Origin: Podarcis filfolensis
Lineage: Eukaryota
NCBI GenBank assembly: GCA_964270895.1
Contig: OZ185440.1
Length of the DNA: 64,000 bases
Direction: 5' to 3' (one strand)
Part shown: in pieces, positions 50,310 to 61,660 of the stretch
How the letters are laid out: each line of letters starts with the position of its first letter
Numbering within the stretch: position 1 is the stretch's first letter
Position numbers and translations under genes: made by a program
The notes under the pieces: generated by a model
What the model was told of the DNA's origin: nothing
The model's database searches: none
Seen by the model: only the letters and a program-made list of their open reading frames with translations

Positions 50310-51420
50310 GGCAGTGGCAACCCAACCCAAGTACTTGGAAGTGTTTTGGAAGTTAATCAGCATTGGTTACCCTGACAGGGACATGGTGGTGCAACCCTGG
50401 CATTTTGCTTGAGCTCTCAGTAGCTTTTGATAACGTAGTCACTGTATCATGCTGGACTTGCTCAGTGGGTTGGAAGTAGGAAACACTGTGTTACAGTGGT
50501 TCTGCTCCTACTTGTAGGGTTGGTATCAGAGTAGCACTAGATGATTGTACCTTGACAGGTCGGTTATGGAGTAAAACAGAGTGCCATATCATATTCAGTG
50601 ATGTTTAGCATCCATATGAAACTGCTAGAAGCTGTCATTAGAGGATCTGAAGCACAACAACATCATTATAGTGATAATACTCAGCTTGATTTCTCCATCT
50701 GAATCAGGCATGGCCATACAAGTTCTGGATCGGTGTCTGGATGTGGATTGGTGTTTGGGCACAGCAATAGGCTAGATAAGGGTCAATAAGCTGACGTTGA
50801 ATACTGGCAAGGGTTCTGAAGGAGTAGGTATGTAGTCTGGGGGTGCTCCTGGAACCATTTTTGACTTGGAAAGCCCAAGTGGCTGTAGTGGATAAAAGCA
50901 TCTTTTACCAGCTTAGTGAACTATGCATACACAACCTCAAGACTTGATTACTATAATGCATTTTATGTGAGGCTGCCCTTAAGCTTAGTCCAGGAGCTGC
51001 TGTTAGTACAGAATGTAGCTACTAGGTTGTCAAGTGGAATATACAATACCATTAAAAGAGCTACACTGGCTTCCAATTTGCTAATGGGCCAGGTTTGGTA
51101 TCAACCTACAAAACCCTAAATAATTTGGGACTACAAATCCAAAGGAACGCCTTCTCCTGTACAGACCTTCCTGGTCATTAGGGCCATCTGCTGAGGTCTT
51201 CATGGTTATGTGGAAGCTCATCTTGCAGCAACCAGGAAGAGGGCTTTTTCTGTGCATTGACAGTGCATGCTGAAACTATATGTCTTTACTGAAGGTTTTG
51301 CTGGCTATTGACAGTAGTCATTTGTCATAACTTTTATGTTATAAATGAACTTCCTACCAAAGCTGTTAAGTTTATTTTGCTGTTATTGTATTTTAATGGA
51401 TTTTATTGTAAGCTGCCATG
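50310..51420 (+). mobile_element. Degenerate L2 LINE fragment
   Basis: Decayed RT motifs (gagctctcagtagcttttgat; tatggagtaaaacag; gataatactcagctt), caacctcaagacttgattactataatgc (TSRLDYCN-like) and an L2-like 3' tail. Confidence 0.7.
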
Positions 51421-52861
51421 AGATGTTTTTATGATATGTGGTATGCAAATAGATTAATGGATGCAAGATCAGAAAATGGGGAATGTCCTGATGTCAGCTT
51501 CTTGGGCTCTTCATCAGATTCCCCCACACACATCCAGAAGTACAGGAAGACACCTGGTCAGATCAGGGACTTTAACTCCCAAGACACTCCTGCAGGGACC
51601 CAGGGAAGCCAGCTATGGATGTTATACAACCCATGACATCTTCCAACCCTTCTGTGACCTATATGGATAAGAAGAAAACCAGCATAGGCTGAAGAATCTG
51701 GTACATGTAGAGTGTATAGATTTGATGCACTGCACCAGTGTCACAGACCCCTAAGACAAACACGGATGCAGTTTATTTAAATTCCTTCTAGCTCTCTAAT
51801 AAAAGGGTATTAATAGGCCAATTATTCCCTATAACTCACTTTTCTAGCTTCGTTACCCAAGACTGAAAAAATGCATAAGCCAGTTTTTACAACCACACTA
51901 GCTCATCCTTTACGACATGCAGCAAGTCAAATCACATTAGCGTCTGTGACCTCATCACATTACACAGGTCTTGGCAGAGAGTCCAATTCATCATGTGAGT
52001 AAACATGACGGCTGCAGACTCTGAGATACTTATACAAGGACTGTTGAAAGGAAGCGAATCGGAAGTGCTTCTACCGTGTCCTACGCTCTTCAACAAGTGA
52101 AAATGAAAACTTGGAAGAGCTCAGCAAGTCTGCTACTAGTCTGTACAGAGGCCAAAGTCAATCATGTATCAAATGCTGCCACTGGAACTCAGCCTAACAG
52201 AAATTTAAGACAGTGCACAAACAAATGTTTGTTAACAGAGCTTCAGTCAATAAACAGCAGCTGAAGGTTTTTGAGCTTCTGCCACCTTCAGTAAGCATAG
52301 CCACAAAAATAGAGGACATCTAATATTTGCCAAAGTGTGTAAGGCCTCCACCCAGCCCAAAAGTGTATAAGTGCCTCCACCCAGCACAAATTCCAGAGTT
52401 TGGGAAGAGAACTGCAACTTGGCTAGATACCATACTTAATTCCATTGAACCCACTGAACCATTTCTGCAATTTTGCAAAACCAGTCTAAAATGAGAAAAA
52501 GCTTAGATGCAGAACCAGACACCTCCTGTTCTACACATTCAATGATACCACAAGTTTGTGACATGACATCACTAACTGTTTCTGTAGCAACTGTTTCCGA
52601 CAGAAATGAATCAGTCAAACAGGAGGTGGCCATTTAGAGAGCAGTAGAACAGGCTTTATGGGCACACAAAGACTTTGTAACTGACAAAAATAGGAAAGCA
52701 AATTATAGAACGTACAAATAACTTAATGAGCTCAATCTAATGGGTTTCAGGAATGCCTGCTATATTTAGATCTGCCCAACTGTATCTTAAAAAGCAAAAC
52801 AAAAACAGTGTTCCATAATGGAAATGGTAAAAGCTTTAAAATATATTACTAGTTCCTGTAA

Positions 52862-52898
52862 GCTCTCTCTCTCTGTGTACACACACACACACACACAC
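52862..52898. repeat. Compound (CT)n/(CA)n microsatellite
   Basis: Seen directly. Confidence 0.85.
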
Positions 52899-54491
52899 AA
52901 ATAAATACACAGAATACATGGAAATCTCTATAGTCTTTGTGGGGGAAAATCCCCTGGCCAGGAGAGCAAGAAACAACCTCCTTTTCTCTGAATTCTGATT
53001 TCAAAGAATTTTTTAAAATTAAAAACTACATACTTCCTAAATTCGTTTCCTTGGAGTTTGGGGGGTGAGGAGGGAAGGGAACAATGCCAATATATTAATC
53101 AGTACTGTTCTATGCCAAGTGAGCAAATAGCAGGTCCAAGCATTTCAAAGCATGAGAATAAAAATTAAAGTAGTATTTTCTTGTGCACAAGAGTTGCCTG
53201 CCACAGTGTCCTCTTTACAGCTACAGGCTGGGACCTACAAGCCAGAGAAAAAGCCACAGCAGTAGAACAGTAGGATGCTCCACAGGATTGGAGAAGGGCT
53301 GAGTGGGAGAAGACGAATGTGCTGCTCAGGTGAGCTGATGATGAGCCAGGCCTAGGCCCCTAAATCCGGATTCTGATATGCAGCTCTTAAGCTTAAGAAT
53401 CTGGGGAACCACAACAAAAATCAACCCATAATAAAATACCCAACAAGAATACGATCCCCAAGATATACTACTGAAATAGTTTTGGGGAAGGCAGAATAAA
53501 GAGGTAGACTGAACCAATGGGCTGCACTATCATAACTTACACCACACTGACTCTCCTCAAATCCACAAACTCTGTATTGCTCTGTCTTTAGTAGATGAGA
53601 TTGCTTAAACTACTCTGTGTTCCATGGACACATGCAGGTGAGCAAAGCGTTTTTGGGGATGGTAATGTCCTTAAAAGCAACAACACAACAGACTTCAATA
53701 GTACTGCAGCACCTCAAAAGTGTCACCGACGAAGGCTTCTGATAAAATGCTAAAGCCTTCTAAAGCTGAGAAACACCATGCAAATCTTATTTTATAATAA
53801 GAGTGTGTACTGAATGAGAGAGTTCACCCTCAAGAACCCAAGATCCAGTAGAGAAAAGACAGAAACAGGACTATGCTCCTGTTTAGTTTTAGTAGCTCTA
53901 GCCAAAAGCTATACCTCACAACAAGTAATTAGGATGTTAAGACCTCAGGGTGGAGTAGCAACTTTGCAGTTGCAAAATTAAGTGGCGCTGCACAGGGTTG
54001 GGCAAGGAAAAAAACCCATTTCATGTATTGGCTATAAAGGACATGCTTTGCAGCTAAAATTCAAGTTCATACACTGCTAATTTCAGATTGTCTGGAAGTT
54101 TAGCTCACATAATTGTAGGCTCTCACTTGTTCAGTTCTCAAGAGCTCTGGACTACAAGGCAGACTTATTTCAACAGCATCAAACATACCTGAAAGTATCT
54201 GCAGGAAAGTGTTATGGATATGAGAAATCCCATTAGGAATAGTGTTGGTCTACAAAGGAAATTTATTTTGACTTATCACAACCTAAACTTTGGAGACAAC
54301 ATCCTGTAGTACAGAAGTTTCACAGTGCAAGAGGGAGCAGTTAAGGCAGTGTATAAAAGTAACAGAAGAAAAGCTGGAGTGAATTAATGCAAAAGGTACA
54401 GTGTTAATGCTCCTTTTATGAGCCTATGACTTTTTTGTCCTATCCAATGATGAGAAGGAAGAAAGAACTGAAGGAATACAGAAACACTTAC

Positions 54492-54537
54492 CTTATTTAA
54501 TGATCTGTTCACAGACACTCAATCAAAGGGAGTGTAG
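54492..54537 (-). other. DLGAP4: Candidate 46-nt cassette exon (non-coding or poison)
   Basis: TTTCTTCTGCAGTTTCTATTTCTAG| ... AATAAG|GTAAGT; contains TGA in phase 0. Confidence 0.35.
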
Positions 54538-55824
54538 CTAGAAATAGAAACTGCAGAAGAAAGCAGCCTCCATACCTGAGATTGACAAAAATTACTTAAA
54601 AGCAAACTCAGCCGTCATAAAGGACTAGCCCAGTTCTGTCTTTGGACTCAAAAATACACCTCAAAGCTTGTGCTAATGAATAATGAGACACTACTGCATG
54701 CAGTTATTTCACTAGAAATCATGACTTCAGTATAAAGAACAAGACAGTTTGAACCACATTTGAGATAACATGAAATTCAGTAGGCATTAAATACAAAGTA
54801 TATTAACAACTGACAGCACTGTGGTCAGTAAACACCCATGATGAACTGAGTTCAAAGGAGTTTTATCCCCATGCTCTACATGATGAATTCCAGAAGCACA
54901 TAACATCCTATTCTGTAATGCGTCCTGTAACGGAACCTAAGCAAATATAACTGAAATAGCCACGTATTCTTCCTTGCTCCCCCCTGCTTTTGCTTCCCCA
55001 TGTCAAATGTTAGACTTAGTTCCAGGGGCAGGGACCTGTCCTCTGACTTGCTGTCAAGTGCCATGTATACCAAAGGAGGTAAGACAGGGCTGCAATCTGA
55101 AGTACACTTAATTGAAAGTGCACCCCACTGAACACAGGAGCAAACACAAAGTGTTGGAATGAGTAAAATACTGTTGCATAGTTATATGCAACTGAAATGC
55201 CTGGCAATGCCACCTTCCACTGCCACCTATACAAAATAAAAGCTATATATGTAAGTAAATTCTGTATTTACAAACTGCAAGGGGGGGAGCTCATGTAAAA
55301 GGCAAACTTAGACGGGATACAGCTCAGAAGCTGCTAGAATACTGACAGTTACCTAAATACCAAGTTGCCAAGACCGCTTGAAGCAGCTAGTTTAAAGATG
55401 GGGACACAGGATCAAAGAACACAAAAATCTTCTTGAAATAATATAGAGCTACCGTAGGTTGAAGTTTGACTCATAATGTACATGCAACATATGTTTGGCA
55501 GGTAATCACTATCCAGTAGCATGAGTCAACTTTCCCTTTAAATTGTCTCAGTATCATAAGACTGGAAATGATGAAGGAGTATGCTAGAGGGATGGAGTGT
55601 GATTTTAGCCCAGTTTTTGCTAACCTAGTATCCTTCAGATGTTTTAGACTACAATTCCCATCAACCCCAGCCAGCACACGCACTACTAATACTCTAGAGA
55701 TGAAGCAGATGATTGCTTTCACTTTTTTGCTTTCAGTTTTTGACATAGTCACAACCCTTGGGAGTCAAGCTCCTTTCACTCCTCCTAAGCTACCACACTT
55801 ATTAAGAACACACGGTTAGCTCAC

Positions 55825-55886
55825 CGGTAATTACATTGCAACACAGAGACACCATTAAAACACACCCTCTCCAAAACATTAAAAGC
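55825..55886 (-). CDS. DLGAP4: Candidate 62-nt DLGAP4 short-isoform exon encoding MFWRGCVLMVSLCCNVIT(G)
   Basis: Acceptor CACTTTCCTAGTTTGCCATTTTCAG|, donor ACCG|GTGAGC. ATGs at 55879 and 55855 are in frame with each other, and the exon ends in phase 1, matching the exon at 31220. Confidence 0.55.
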
Positions 55887-56349
55887 CTGAAAATGGCAAA
55901 CTAGGAAAGTGACTTTACAGGTTTCTGAAGAATGAAAACAGAATTCTACATGCAATCATTTAAGGCTTAAAATGACATGTCAAAACTGGCAATTCTGAAA
56001 TATTTTCACTTTTTTAAAAAGGCAGTCCTATATTGTAAAATAAGATCTCCCCCCCCCCCAATCTTATAGGGGCTGTGGTTACAGTTTAAAGGTATCCTAG
56101 TAACAGCAGCAGCGACCAAGAAATGCCTTTACTCTCCTGTGGTTTACCCCGGAAGTTTGTTTTTATTAATTATAATTATATACGCTCCCATCAATACACA
56201 TCCCTTGGGAGCCGATCACCAAAATTAAACCTAATTAAAAATCAAAAGTAAGAGAGATGAGAGAGAGAAAACAAACCCCAACATACCCAAACGACCTCAT
56301 TTCCCCTTCCACAAAGGCAGCCCAAAACAGTCCAGATGCAACAACAGCG

Positions 56350-57140
56350 GCAACTTCCAACTACCGGGTGGCGGAATTTAAAAGGCCCCACTCCCAAATT
56401 CCTCTCACAACCCGCGTGCTTCTTCTTACCCTCGTGGGATTGAGGCCCAGAGTGGCGCTTCCCGGCTGAGAAGTTTCCATGGAGAGAGAGAGAGGAGAGG
56501 AGGGCAGGGTGGCCTTGCCTGGCTGCCCGCCGGACCACGGGTGGCCAAGAGAGGCAGGGCAGGCACCGCACCGCCAGAGACTGGGGAGAAACTTTCCTTC
56601 GCCCTCCTCTGTTGAGTCAGACGCGCCGCCTCACCCCAAGGAGGGACGGAGGGAGGCGCTGCTCAAAAGCGCCCTTCCTCCCCCCATTCACCTCCGCCGG
56701 CCTCCACGCTCGCTTCCCCGACGCGCCCCGCCCGGGCCCTGCCTCCCTCAGCCGGCGCCGAGGCGCTACTACGCCGGGGAGGAGAGGCTTCTTCCTCGCC
56801 TGGCCTAGCCTGGCTGGAAGCGGCACCGGCCGCGAGCCCTGCGCTGGCAAGGCGGGAAGCCCCGTTTCTCCGCGGGACACAAACGCCTACCTCGCCGCCG
56901 CTGCTTCGCGGCCTTGCTGTAAAGCCGCCCCTCAGCCCCTCCGAGTCCGGGGCGGCCGGGATCCGGGGCGAGGCCTGTGATGGCGAGACGCGGGTTCGAG
57001 GCGCCTCGCGGTTGGGGCCCAGCCGGAGAGCAGCTTCACGCTTCCGACCCACGAGTGGGTGGGGAAGCGCTCAGGGACTCCACGGAGGCCCCCCCCCCCC
57101 GCGGCCGCCTCCGGAGTGTGGTGGGAACGCTGCCATTCAG
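56350..57140 (-). promoter_or_regulatory. DLGAP4: CpG island; probable internal promoter for DLGAP4 short isoforms
   Basis: Sharp rise in GC and CpG content, GC boxes (ggggcgg at about 56949; ccgccc at about 56925) and three minus-strand donor sites. Mammalian DLGAP4 has an internal CpG-island promoter in the equivalent intron. Confidence 0.8.
56430..56480 (-). CDS. DLGAP4: Candidate coding part of an alternative first exon: METSQPGSATLGLNPTR (phase 0)
   Basis: ATG at 56480, 17 open codons, strong donor AGG|GTAAGA at 56429. Confidence 0.45.
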
Positions 57141-58744
57141 GCCTTTAATTACCCAATCTATGGCCTTTAAAATTGTGTAGGGGAGGGCGGTTACTGTTTT
57201 TGTTTGTTGCTACGGTTTGCATTTTCGTTTAATTATATTGTCTACCGCCCTGTGATCCTCAGAGGAAGGCTAGTATGGAAATTTAAGGATTCTGTCCCAG
57301 CAGAATCTGCTTCACTGCTGGTGAGAAAGAAGGTGGGGATCAGCATCTATTGGACAATCTGCAGTTAAGATCACCAAGGATTTCTGACTTCCATTTTTTT
57401 ATTTTTACTGTTTTTGCCCTCCAAATAGGCTGCCAGAATGAAAAAAACTGGAGGGGGGGCCAGGAATGGCGTTTTGCTTCTGAAAATGAATTCATGGGCC
57501 GAAATGTATATGCTCAAAAAGTCCTTGGTGGTCTTGACCTTGTTTTGAGCTGACTGGCCTCAAGTTGGCAAGGGGAGGGGGGTGTTGATCCCACCTTATA
57601 CTCTCCTGGGTTAGGGGGTAGGCCCTGCTGCAGTAGCCCATTTTTGGCAGACCTCCTCCTAGTGGTTACTGGGATTTCCCAAAAATCCTGAGCCAGGTGG
57701 ACCTTGGTTGATCCTTCATTTAAGATGCATTTACTGCTTTAATGCTCATTGTTTGCTACCCTGGACTTCTTTGGGAGGAAGGGTGGGATATAAATTAAAT
57801 AATAATAATACTATGACTTACATGTTTAAAACCTAATCTACACATGCAGAATGAGATGTTAAATTAGAATGCCACCACAGGCTTTTGAACACTCTCATGC
57901 ACAAAACACAAATCCACCAACACAAGCTAGCATATCAGGGAGAATGGACTGTAGTCTCACCCACTTCTCACCATGTTAGTTCTATCTCAGAAAGCTTTGT
58001 GTGCTGCACTGGAGACCAAGACCAAGCAAGAAAGCATACACAGGATAATTTAGCACAGATTAATTATGCTGCAACAAGGAAGCGATTCCAACTAAGTCCT
58101 ATTGCTTTCTGGCAAAGCAATTCAAACCCCATCTGGGCAAAGGCAGGGTGTGATGAAGCAGCAATCAACACTGCAACTGCAGCCTTGTTCATTGCTTACA
58201 CCTGCTGGGGCAGAAGGTGAAAAGACAGGCAGAGTGATAACGCCTGATGCCATCAGATTATGCCAGTTGGAATGGCTCCAGTGGATTGTAGTCTGTTCAG
58301 TCCTTCCCTGCTGCCACAACACCCTATTTTAGAGCTTTCCAAGTGATCTGCACTTTCAGTAGGCAGAACAGAGTGCTCCAGGCCAGGAGACTGACACCAG
58401 CTTTTCTGGTCTCCACACCATCCAGCACCCACCTCCCAGTGCAGCAGATCAGGAGTTTGGACTGTAACCTAAGTTTGTCATGCAACTGGTGGTGCAAGAG
58501 TTTTAGTTTTAAGTGGATAGTGCATGTCAACCCACTCCTGTCATAAGATAAAGTGACAAAAAGACTTTTGAGAACATAGTTACTATTCCTTCACCACTGA
58601 CAATATCCGGAACCTCACCCCTATTTGAATTTTGACACTTTTAGTATTTTAAGTTTGCTTTATTACATGTGTACCCTGCCTTTCCTTCAAGGTACTCAGG
58701 GTAGTTTATGGGAGCTTATTCCATTTTATCATCATCTGCAAGGA

Positions 58745-59200
58745 AGGCGTTATTTATTTGATAGATTTATATTGTACCCTTTCTCTAAAATGGAGCATAG
58801 GCAGCTTACAGCAATAATAAAATACCATAATCAAAAGAAAATACTCAAATAAAAACAATAAACATCTGTGATAAAACTGTAGAACCTCACCACAAATACT
58901 ACTTCAACATCTGAATGCCTGGACAAGTTCAACTCCTTTTACTTATTTATTTTTTGCAGTGGCTGAATATCAAATGCCATTTGGGAGGGAATTTCAGAGG
59001 TGAAGGGCCACCACTAAAGAAGCCCTGCCTGATGTCACTTGTCCTTTCAAATAACAGTCAGTTACTCAAAGCCACCCAAGAGAGGACAGTGTTCTCAGAT
59101 GTCTTGGTCCAAGTCCAACATAAACCATACAGATTCACCAATGAATTGAATAGGCCAAGTAGGCCATGGTTAATCCTTTGTAGTGCTGCTATGCAGTCCA
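58745..59200 (-). mobile_element. Degenerate L2-like LINE 3' fragment
   Basis: tttatttgat...tgtaccc...ggcagcttacagc tail and internal similarity to the reverse complement of the L2 copy at 50310-51420. Confidence 0.5.
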
Positions 59201-59873
59201 AACAAGCTGGTATTTTTAATTCCAAAAGTAAGTAGTAAGGCATTTGCAAGCCTCAATTTTGAAAGTATTTGAGAGAATAGGTTGACAAGCAGAAGCACAG
59301 CTGCTACATTCTTGTTCACTGCTGTCATTAGGGCACCTTATGGAAACCTAGAATCTTTAAAAAGCACTTGTTTCATAAGGATTTTAAACAAGCTAGTAAT
59401 AAATCAAAACAGGGTGTTAAATTTTGACTACAGGGATGCTCCTACAGCCTTAAAAGGACTTGAAGCAGAACCATGACACATATTTACATACAAGTTTGCT
59501 AATGCAAATGTATAGTGCAAAGTAGGCTGACTCAGAGGGAAAGCTGCCTTGTAAGTAAATTCAAATATGAAATAAAGGGGAGACACGGGGATGGATGGAC
59601 ACCAGATCTAGGGTGTACTGCAAAAGATCCAGGGCCCAGCCCCCCCATACCCCCTCCCAACACCATTGCTTGACCACTGTATTTTGTATTGTTATAAATA
59701 ATGAGACCCCGAAAAGTCATTATATCGAGAAAGAACAGGTGGGAAAATAAGAGACAAGGTTTCAAGTGCAGCCCTTTTTAAATGTGTCACATTTTAGGGC
59801 AAATTGGACAGGTGTCTTCTACACAAACAAACCTGAAACCTACTTCATTATCTCAGTCAGAGCATATTGTAAC

Positions 59874-60699
59874 TAGGGCTGGGCGATGTTAGATTTTCAA
59901 CATCATGATGTATCACCAGCTAGAGATTGCGGTTTGGTGATATACCACGATGTGGAAACAAAATCCATTGGCCCTAGCCAGCTAGAGGCAGGGTGAAATT
60001 GCCACAGCTCTCAACGCCAGACCTGGAACCCTTTCACCTCAATGTCTTGCAGGAGGGCCAATGCAGCTGGCCTAGGCCACTGCTCAGCTGGGGGGCAGGA
60101 GGGCTCCCTCCCTCCCCCAATCCCATCTGCAACATCAGATCACTCGGATAGGGGGGGGGGAGGCTTCCACTCTGCATCTGAGCGATCCAACACCACAGCG
60201 GCACTGGGCTTTGTGCAGCTGGGGCGTAGAAGAAGCCTTCCCCCGCCCCAGCGATCCAATGCTGCTGAGGTATCGGGGGTCGCCAGTTTCACAGAGCCCC
60301 CACCCCGCTGCCAACTCGGACAAGCCAGCACTGGACAGGGGGCACCATTAAATGCTTGGCTGAAGGGAGTGGCAACCGGGTGCCCCTCGGCCGAGCAGTT
60401 TAAAGATGTGGAGGGAGGAACAAGCTGTACAGGCACCTCGCCAATGCAGCTTGTTTCTCCCTCTGTGCTGTATGCGGGCAGACCGCAATGTCAGTTTCAC
60501 TCAGCAGTATATCGCTGGTGAAACAGCTGCACTTCAGAGTCCCTCTGCTAGCAGCAACCCCTGGACGAAGTTATGCTGCTAGCTGAGGGACACAGGAGTG
60601 TGGCCGTTTCATCAGTGATATACCGCTGAGTGAAGCCAACATCACGGTCTGCTCCTCACACCAGTCCTGGGCGGTATATTGATATACTGCCCAGGCCTA
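59874..60699. mobile_element. Non-autonomous hAT-superfamily DNA transposon (826 bp)
   Basis: Imperfect TIRs TAGGGCTGGGCGAT / atactgcccaggccta; 8-bp TSD attgtaac (59866-59873) versus attgtgac (60700-60707); subterminal gatatacc/ggtatat motifs; no transposase. Confidence 0.8.
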
Positions 60700-61587
60700 A
60701 TTGTGACCTACAGCAAACTAAGTACTTAGGCTGTGCTCCACTTGTTTCTAGACACGAGTGCTTTTGAAGTTCAAGCACATTGTTCACGCAGAATGGAGAA
60801 AATTTGTAGCACCACTGTGAATATGGCACCTGCCACAAAGTGGAATGCTCGGGCAGTGTATAAAAGCTTGTTTTGAAGGTATGCAATTTTTACAGCCCAT
60901 TCATAGTTAAGAGAACCAGAGTGACACCTACTGTACAATGGTTGGGTTGTAAGCAGAGGCTGCAACAAAAGGCTTTTAGCAAATCGGGAATATTTTCCAG
61001 CACTTTGAGTTTCTAGTAAGCATATTGGCGCAGCATCAATAAGCATTCTATAGTACATTATACCTACTATTAGCTGTGGAAAGAATGAATGAAATGATTA
61101 ATTTCCATGTTCCAGGTCTAGGTTTCCAGCTAAAGTAGAATCCAGTGCCATAAAGGTCCTTGTCCACTCTACTTGTTTACTGTACTATGTTTGTATTTGC
61201 TGATGCAACAAGCAGTAGTAGTCATTGTAGACACGTCTTCTACAGCACAATCCTATACATGTCTAATATTAAGTTCCCTTGATTTCACTGGGGCTTACTC
61301 CCAGGTAAGAAGATAAGAGTTATGCCTTTGTCTGCCATTTGGCAGATGACGTTGTTGTTGTTGGCATCTGTCTGTTTTGAGAGACAATGGAGTGTGCTTC
61401 TGAGGCACAGAAGTGACCACAATTACATTCATACTATTTAGTCTTTTGAATGGAATCAGATTTTTATTACATTTCCATTATAGCAAATCGGGGGAAAATC
61501 TGGCTAACAACAAGATCCAAATGTATTAAAAACAAGCTAAAGCCCAAAATTTATAATCTCAAACTGAAACCATGACCCTTTTCACAC

Positions 61588-61660
61588 AGTCATAGGATTG
61601 TAGAGTTGAAAGGGACTATGTGGGTCATCTAGTCCAACCCCTGCAATTCAGGAATATTTT
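61588..61660 (-). mobile_element. CR1 3' end fragment
   Basis: tcataggattgtagagttgaaagggac...gggtcatctagtccaacccctgcaa; same family as 517-710, with further short copies near 29365 and 45040. Confidence 0.65.

Noticed and set aside
56242-57180. Several 70-130 aa ORFs on both strands in the CpG island
   Set aside because: Expected from stop-poor GC-rich DNA; low-complexity Arg/Pro/Gly/Ala translations.
31300-57200. Search for the mammalian short-isoform start MALCLELLKQC
   Set aside because: Not found by eye; the nearest hit (ATGGCTCTGTGA near 34180-34197) stops after three codons. A tblastn search is needed to exclude it.
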